This document shows positions 60,302-64,000 of a DNA stretch of 64,000 nucleotides, piece by piece. The notes beneath the pieces were generated by a model that saw only the letters and a program-made list of their open reading frames with translations, was not told the origin of the DNA and did no database searches. A program made the translations under genes and the position numbers. The stretch spans positions 224,001-288,000 of the forward strand of contig CAVZRV010000007.1 of assembly GCA_963777605.1 (NCBI GenBank). The letters run 5' to 3'. The stretch is from an uncultured Acidobacteriota bacterium (GTDB taxonomy: Bacteria; Acidobacteriota; UBA6911; RPQK01; JAPXNP01). Every line of letters begins with the position of its first letter. The stretch's first letter is position 1.

Positions 60302-60602
60302 GAGCTAAGCGTACTAACCCGAATCGAGAAACACCAGTGCAACCGCCCATCAGGATCGACGGGAAGACCAAGAGAGGTCGTACGGCTTGCCTGATCCTGA
60401 GATCCTGTGGTCTAATTACTTACTAATTTCTCGATCGGACCAAATGAGTCAATGGATCGTTATGTTTCTGTGCAGAGGCGCTGACGTTGATGTCAATTGG
60501 TGTTGACGGCGGTTTGGTAGTGCCGTTATGCTCTGACCTCCAGCCGAAGGCTTATGTGCGCAAATATCCTTGAACTGCATCGACTTCTTAAGGAGGCACC
60601 TA

Positions 60603-62165
60603 CTGCAGGTTCACCTGATAAATCCCAGTGATCTTTCATTCGGAACAGGAGTTGTGGCTCCTCGTTGGCAATACGTCTTGGCCGCAGCGACTCCTCGTAC
60701 CTTCCCGGATCCCATTATTGTTGACGAAGCCCTTGAGCAGACCGACTTCTCCAAAATCGGCAAAGGGGACGTGGTGGGCATCGGTATCCACACATCGAAT
60801 GCACTCAGAGGTTACTCTGTTGGGCAACAAGCCCGAGAGCGAGGCGCCTGGGTAGTTTTCGGAGGAATTCATGCATCGCTCTTCCCGGAGGAAGCGCACA
60901 AGCTGGGTGGTGCCCATTCGGTAGTTCGCGGTGACGGTGACCTCGTCTGGTCCGAGGTGCTTTGCGATTGCGAGAAGGGTGAACCTTCACCAGTTTACGA
61001 AGGCGGCCAACTTTCCGGCACCGACTTTCTCCCCGCTCGCTGGGACCTCATGGCGAGCGACAAATACATGTGGGCTTCCGTCCAGACCACTCGGGGATGC
61101 CCCAAGCATTGCTCCTTCTGCTCGGTCTGGCGCACCGATGGTCAGGAACCGCGACAGCGGGCGGTAGATACGGTGATTGAGGAGCTCGTCCAACTGAGAC
61201 GAAGCGGTTTTCGTTTCATCGTTCTGGCCGACGACAACTTTTATCCCGTCACCCTCAGAGACATTGAGGTTGCCGACAGGCGCGAGGACAAAACTCGGCG
61301 AGATCAACTCATTCGCCTCCGTGAAGAACGCTTCGAGTTGATGGACCGCCTTTCGCAGTTGCCGGAGGACATGGTTTTCTTCACCCAGATCACGATGGAG
61401 GCCGCGGAAGATATTGAGTTTTTGAAAGCGATGCGCAGAGGTCGAATCAGGGGAGTGCTGGTCGGAGTGGAATCGGTCACCGCTGAAGGCCTCAAGGCGG
61501 TTTACAAGAATTTCAACCTCTCGGGCGACAACCTGGTCGAGCGGCTCCTCCGTTTTCGGGAAAATGGCGTTTTCGTATTGGGCTCATTCATATTCGGGCT
61601 ACCCACAGATGGACCGGACACATTCAGGCAAACCTCCGAACTTGCCACGCGGGCTGGACTCGCTTTTGCCCAATTCGTAACCCTGTCTGTTTTTCCCGGG
61701 ACGCTGGACTTCGCCAAGTGGGAAAAGGAGGAGGGCCGGGATGAAATTGGTGAGAACGGCTTTCCCCGAAGCCATTACTGGCTGACTCCCCGCAGTCTTC
61801 GACCCGACCTCGCTGCCGCCCATCCCACGCTCTCATCCGACGAGATCAAGGCAGGGACGCAGGAAACGTGGGACAGGTTTTACAGCTACCGAACGCTCTG
61901 GGAACGCTCAGGATGCCTGGTACGTCTTAGGTCTCGCGTCGCGTTTTTCCTTGTCTCCAAGCTTTATCGCCAGATGTACGCGAACACAGGGATTGCCAGC
62001 GACAGTGCCCGCGTCAACCGCTCTGCCCGCTGGGCCCGGTGGATTGCTAAACCCTGTCAGCGCTTTTTCAAAGCCAAGCCGATGCCTGATCTGAAGGTTC
62101 CGACACGACACGAGAGTCTCGCAGGTACCGGTGAGTTCGTGCCGAGCAGGGTCGGGCTTGATTGA
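60603..62165 (+). CDS. B12-binding-like domain radical SAM protein (probable CTG start)
   Basis: VHLINP N-terminus, GGIHAS, RGCPKHCSFC, DDNF, GVES, FIFGLP; AGGAGG lies 6 nt before the in-frame CTG at 60603 (ORF track starts at TTG 60570). Confidence 0.88.
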   Translation: MQVHLINPSDLSFGTGVVAPRWQYVLAAATPRTFPDPIIVDEALEQTDFSKIGKGDVVGIGIHTSNALRGYSVGQQARERGAWVVFGGIHASLFPEEAHKLGGAHSVVRGDGDLVWSEVLCDCEKGEPSPVYEGGQLSGTDFLPARWDLMASDKYMWASVQTTRGCPKHCSFCSVWRTDGQEPRQRAVDTVIEELVQLRRSGFRFIVLADDNFYPVTLRDIEVADRREDKTRRDQLIRLREERFELMDRLSQLPEDMVFFTQITMEAAEDIEFLKAMRRGRIRGVLVGVESVTAEGLKAVYKNFNLSGDNLVERLLRFRENGVFVLGSFIFGLPTDGPDTFRQTSELATRAGLAFAQFVTLSVFPGTLDFAKWEKEEGRDEIGENGFPRSHYWLTPRSLRPDLAAAHPTLSSDEIKAGTQETWDRFYSYRTLWERSGCLVRLRSRVAFFLVSKLYRQMYANTGIASDSARVNRSARWARWIAKPCQRFFKAKPMPDLKVPTRHESLAGTGEFVPSRVGLD

Positions 62166-62228
62166 CATCGGTATGCGGCGACTGATATTCTCAAAGCAGT
62201 TTTTTGATCTTGAGGCTGATTGAAAAGC

Positions 62229-62256
62229 GAACTTATTTCAGGCCTCGCAAGTCTGA
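62229..62256 (+). promoter_or_regulatory. Candidate sigmaE-like ECF promoter of the RRM gene
   Basis: GAACTT-N16-GTCTGA, near-perfect RpoE-type consensus, about 137 nt upstream of ATG. Confidence 0.7.
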
Positions 62257-62393
62257 CTTTGTGAATCCATCCCAAGAAATAGCTGACCACATTGAGTCCC
62301 GCAGACCGGATCAAGTTTTCCGCTCCTTTCGAGGTTTAGGTCCCCAGGGTTAATAGTACTTGTAACCAAGCGCATCCTTGTTAGGAGAAAAAC

Positions 62394-62699
62394 ATGAACG
62401 GCAAGAAACTCTATGTTGGGGGTCTCCCCTACTCGGTATCCGACGGCACGCTGGAACAGATGTTTACGGAATTCGGCAGCGTCGAATCCGCCAAGGTCAT
62501 CACCGACCGGATGGACGGACGATCCCGAGGCTTCGGGTTCGTTGAAATGAGTTCCCAGGCAGAGGCTCAGGCTTCCATCGAGGGAGTGAACGGGACTCAA
62601 ATGGACGGACGGACCTTGACGGTCAACGAAGCCCGCGACCGCAACGCATCCGGTGGTGGAGGGTACGCCGACCAGAGCAGATCCCGCAGCCGGTGGTAA
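62394..62699 (+). CDS. RRM-domain RNA-binding protein (Rbp type)
   Basis: RNP2 LYVGGL, RNP1 RGFGFVEM, VNEAR, Gly/Arg tail; AGGAG SD. Confidence 0.95.
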   Translation: MNGKKLYVGGLPYSVSDGTLEQMFTEFGSVESAKVITDRMDGRSRGFGFVEMSSQAEAQASIEGVNGTQMDGRTLTVNEARDRNASGGGGYADQSRSRSRW

Positions 62700-62738
62700 G
62701 TCCTTTGGCTGAGAACAGCCACTGATTCAGACCACTTC

Positions 62739-62772
62739 AACGAGGCGTTCCCAGGAACGCCTCGTTCTCTTC
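62739..62772 (+). terminator. Intrinsic terminator after the RRM gene
   Basis: AACGAGGCGTTC-CCAG-GAACGCCTCGTT then CTCTT. Confidence 0.65.
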
Positions 62773-62826
62773 CCCACTCCCCCCCTGTCTCACGCGCCAA
62801 GTTCCTGCGTCGCATTGACTTCTGCG

Positions 62827-63972
62827 TTATTTTTGTTCTCTTTTGCACCAGCTTCGGACAAGTCTTACCGTGAAAGCCCATGGATTCTGAAGGAAGCCGG
62901 ATTTGAAAGGTACCGTTCCGATGGTTGAACGGGGTCTGAGCAGCAGGAGCCGCAGAAAGTGAAGGCGCTTCCTCCACCCGTCAATCAGGAGGGGATGGAA
63001 GACCAGCAACTGGACCCGCTCGGAAATCCAAGGTCTTGCCGCCAGGGCTGCTTTTCGGGTGAGAACGGCAACGAACCGGGCCCTGACGCGTGGGAATTGA
63101 GGAATCGTAACCGGCCATTTCGTTCCGAGCAACTCTCTCCCGACTTCCATGGCGGCCCAGATACAGGCCGAGAAGTGGTACCTGGAAGCAAACTCCAAAA
63201 CCCCGTCCAAGTGTCCGCACAGCGCCTCCTGGTTCGATGCCCGTTCCAGGTCAAGGAAGTTGAGGAGGTCGAAATATCCGTGCTTCATCGCGTGAACGAA
63301 CAGAAGGAGGAAGAAGTCAACGTCCGCGAGTTCCTTCACGCCGTACTTCCAAGACCGGGCCCGCTCCCAAAACGGCTCCGCCGGGAAGTGGAACGCCTCC
63401 AGTCGGCTCAGCGGACTCGAATGAAGGTCAATCGTGATCCCCGGCATCTCGTTCGGTGACAACGTCACCGGAAGCCTCCAGGAGACGAGTGTCTCCGGGG
63501 CAATACCTGAATACGGTCCGGGCGTAACCCGGTATTCCGCAGAGCAAAGTGCTCTCAAAACCGCTGAAAACTGCGCTGGCCGGACCATCAGGTCGAGGTC
63601 GCGAAACACCCGGGTCAGCGGATTCGGATAGAGCCTCTCGGCCAGATTGGCACCCTTGAGAGTGATCACATCGACCCCGGAATCGGCGGCGATCCCAGAT
63701 ACGTCCTCCAATACCGAGAGAAGCACCTCTCGCTTTGCCTGCCAGGCAGCCGCCTCAATCAGCAACGTGCGGCTGATCAAGTTGGGAAAAGGCTGCTGTG
63801 CCTGACTAAGAGCATCATTCAAGACGAGATGCACCCGATGACGCTGAGACAGGTCGAGTAACTCCACCCAAAAGGAGGGCTGCCGCTTCGCTGGATCCGG
63901 TCGGACTCGTTCCGCCAGCAGGTCCAACAGCCACCTCTCAGGACTGTCCTGTGGACACCTCTTGAATCCCAT
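62827..63972 (-). CDS. Uncharacterised nucleotidyltransferase (NTP_transf_5 family)
   Basis: LKG..LA..LYP..R...DLDL, IDLH, H..KH, DL motifs. Confidence 0.85.
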   Translation of the reverse strand: MGFKRCPQDSPERWLLDLLAERVRPDPAKRQPSFWVELLDLSQRHRVHLVLNDALSQAQQPFPNLISRTLLIEAAAWQAKREVLLSVLEDVSGIAADSGVDVITLKGANLAERLYPNPLTRVFRDLDLMVRPAQFSAVLRALCSAEYRVTPGPYSGIAPETLVSWRLPVTLSPNEMPGITIDLHSSPLSRLEAFHFPAEPFWERARSWKYGVKELADVDFFLLLFVHAMKHGYFDLLNFLDLERASNQEALCGHLDGVLEFASRYHFSACIWAAMEVGRELLGTKWPVTIPQFPRVRARFVAVLTRKAALAARPWISERVQLLVFHPLLIDGWRKRLHFLRLLLLRPRSTIGTVPFKSGFLQNPWAFTVRLVRSWCKREQK

Positions 63973-64000
63973 CCCCGGAGTCTAAGCCTTTTCGGAAACC

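Noticed and set aside
60302-62393. Horizontally acquired island around the radical SAM gene
   Set aside because: Looks slightly more AT-rich by eye, but there are no mobility genes or boundary repeats and I cannot quantify the composition

Overview
GC-rich bacterial core-chromosome segment, most consistent with Acidobacteriota (inferred from gene content: TPR-ASPIC/UnbV protein, barrel-Ig-OmpA, ECF/DUF4097 operon, DUF1080, octaheme-TPR). It holds about 55 CDS and one tRNA-Thr(CGT). Housekeeping genes include tdh, queC, rnc, thiL, nrdR, tlyA, ispA, xseAB, accD, folC, hslUV and ligA. No integrase, transposase, prophage or CRISPR array was seen. The most interesting signals are regulatory. (1) Two orphan, soluble ~80-aa zinc-anti-sigma (ZAS) microproteins; one lies behind an ECF-type promoter whose geometry (RAACTT-N16-GTYYRW) recurs before the ECF sigma operon and an RRM RNA-binding gene, suggesting a dispersed ECF feedback circuit. 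(2) About a dozen genes have a -10 box 6-9 nt upstream of the start codon and no Shine-Dalgarno, i.e. (near-)leaderless. (3) A PilZ gene starts 16 nt behind the tRNA. (4) Three families of small intergenic repeats, one adjoining a truncated transaldolase. (5) Unusual proteins: tandem-YjbQ, DoxX-AKR fusion, bactofilin-methyltransferase pair, and a radical SAM with a probable CTG start. Two genes have single-base frameshifts that may be assembly errors. All family calls are from motif recognition by eye, not database searches.
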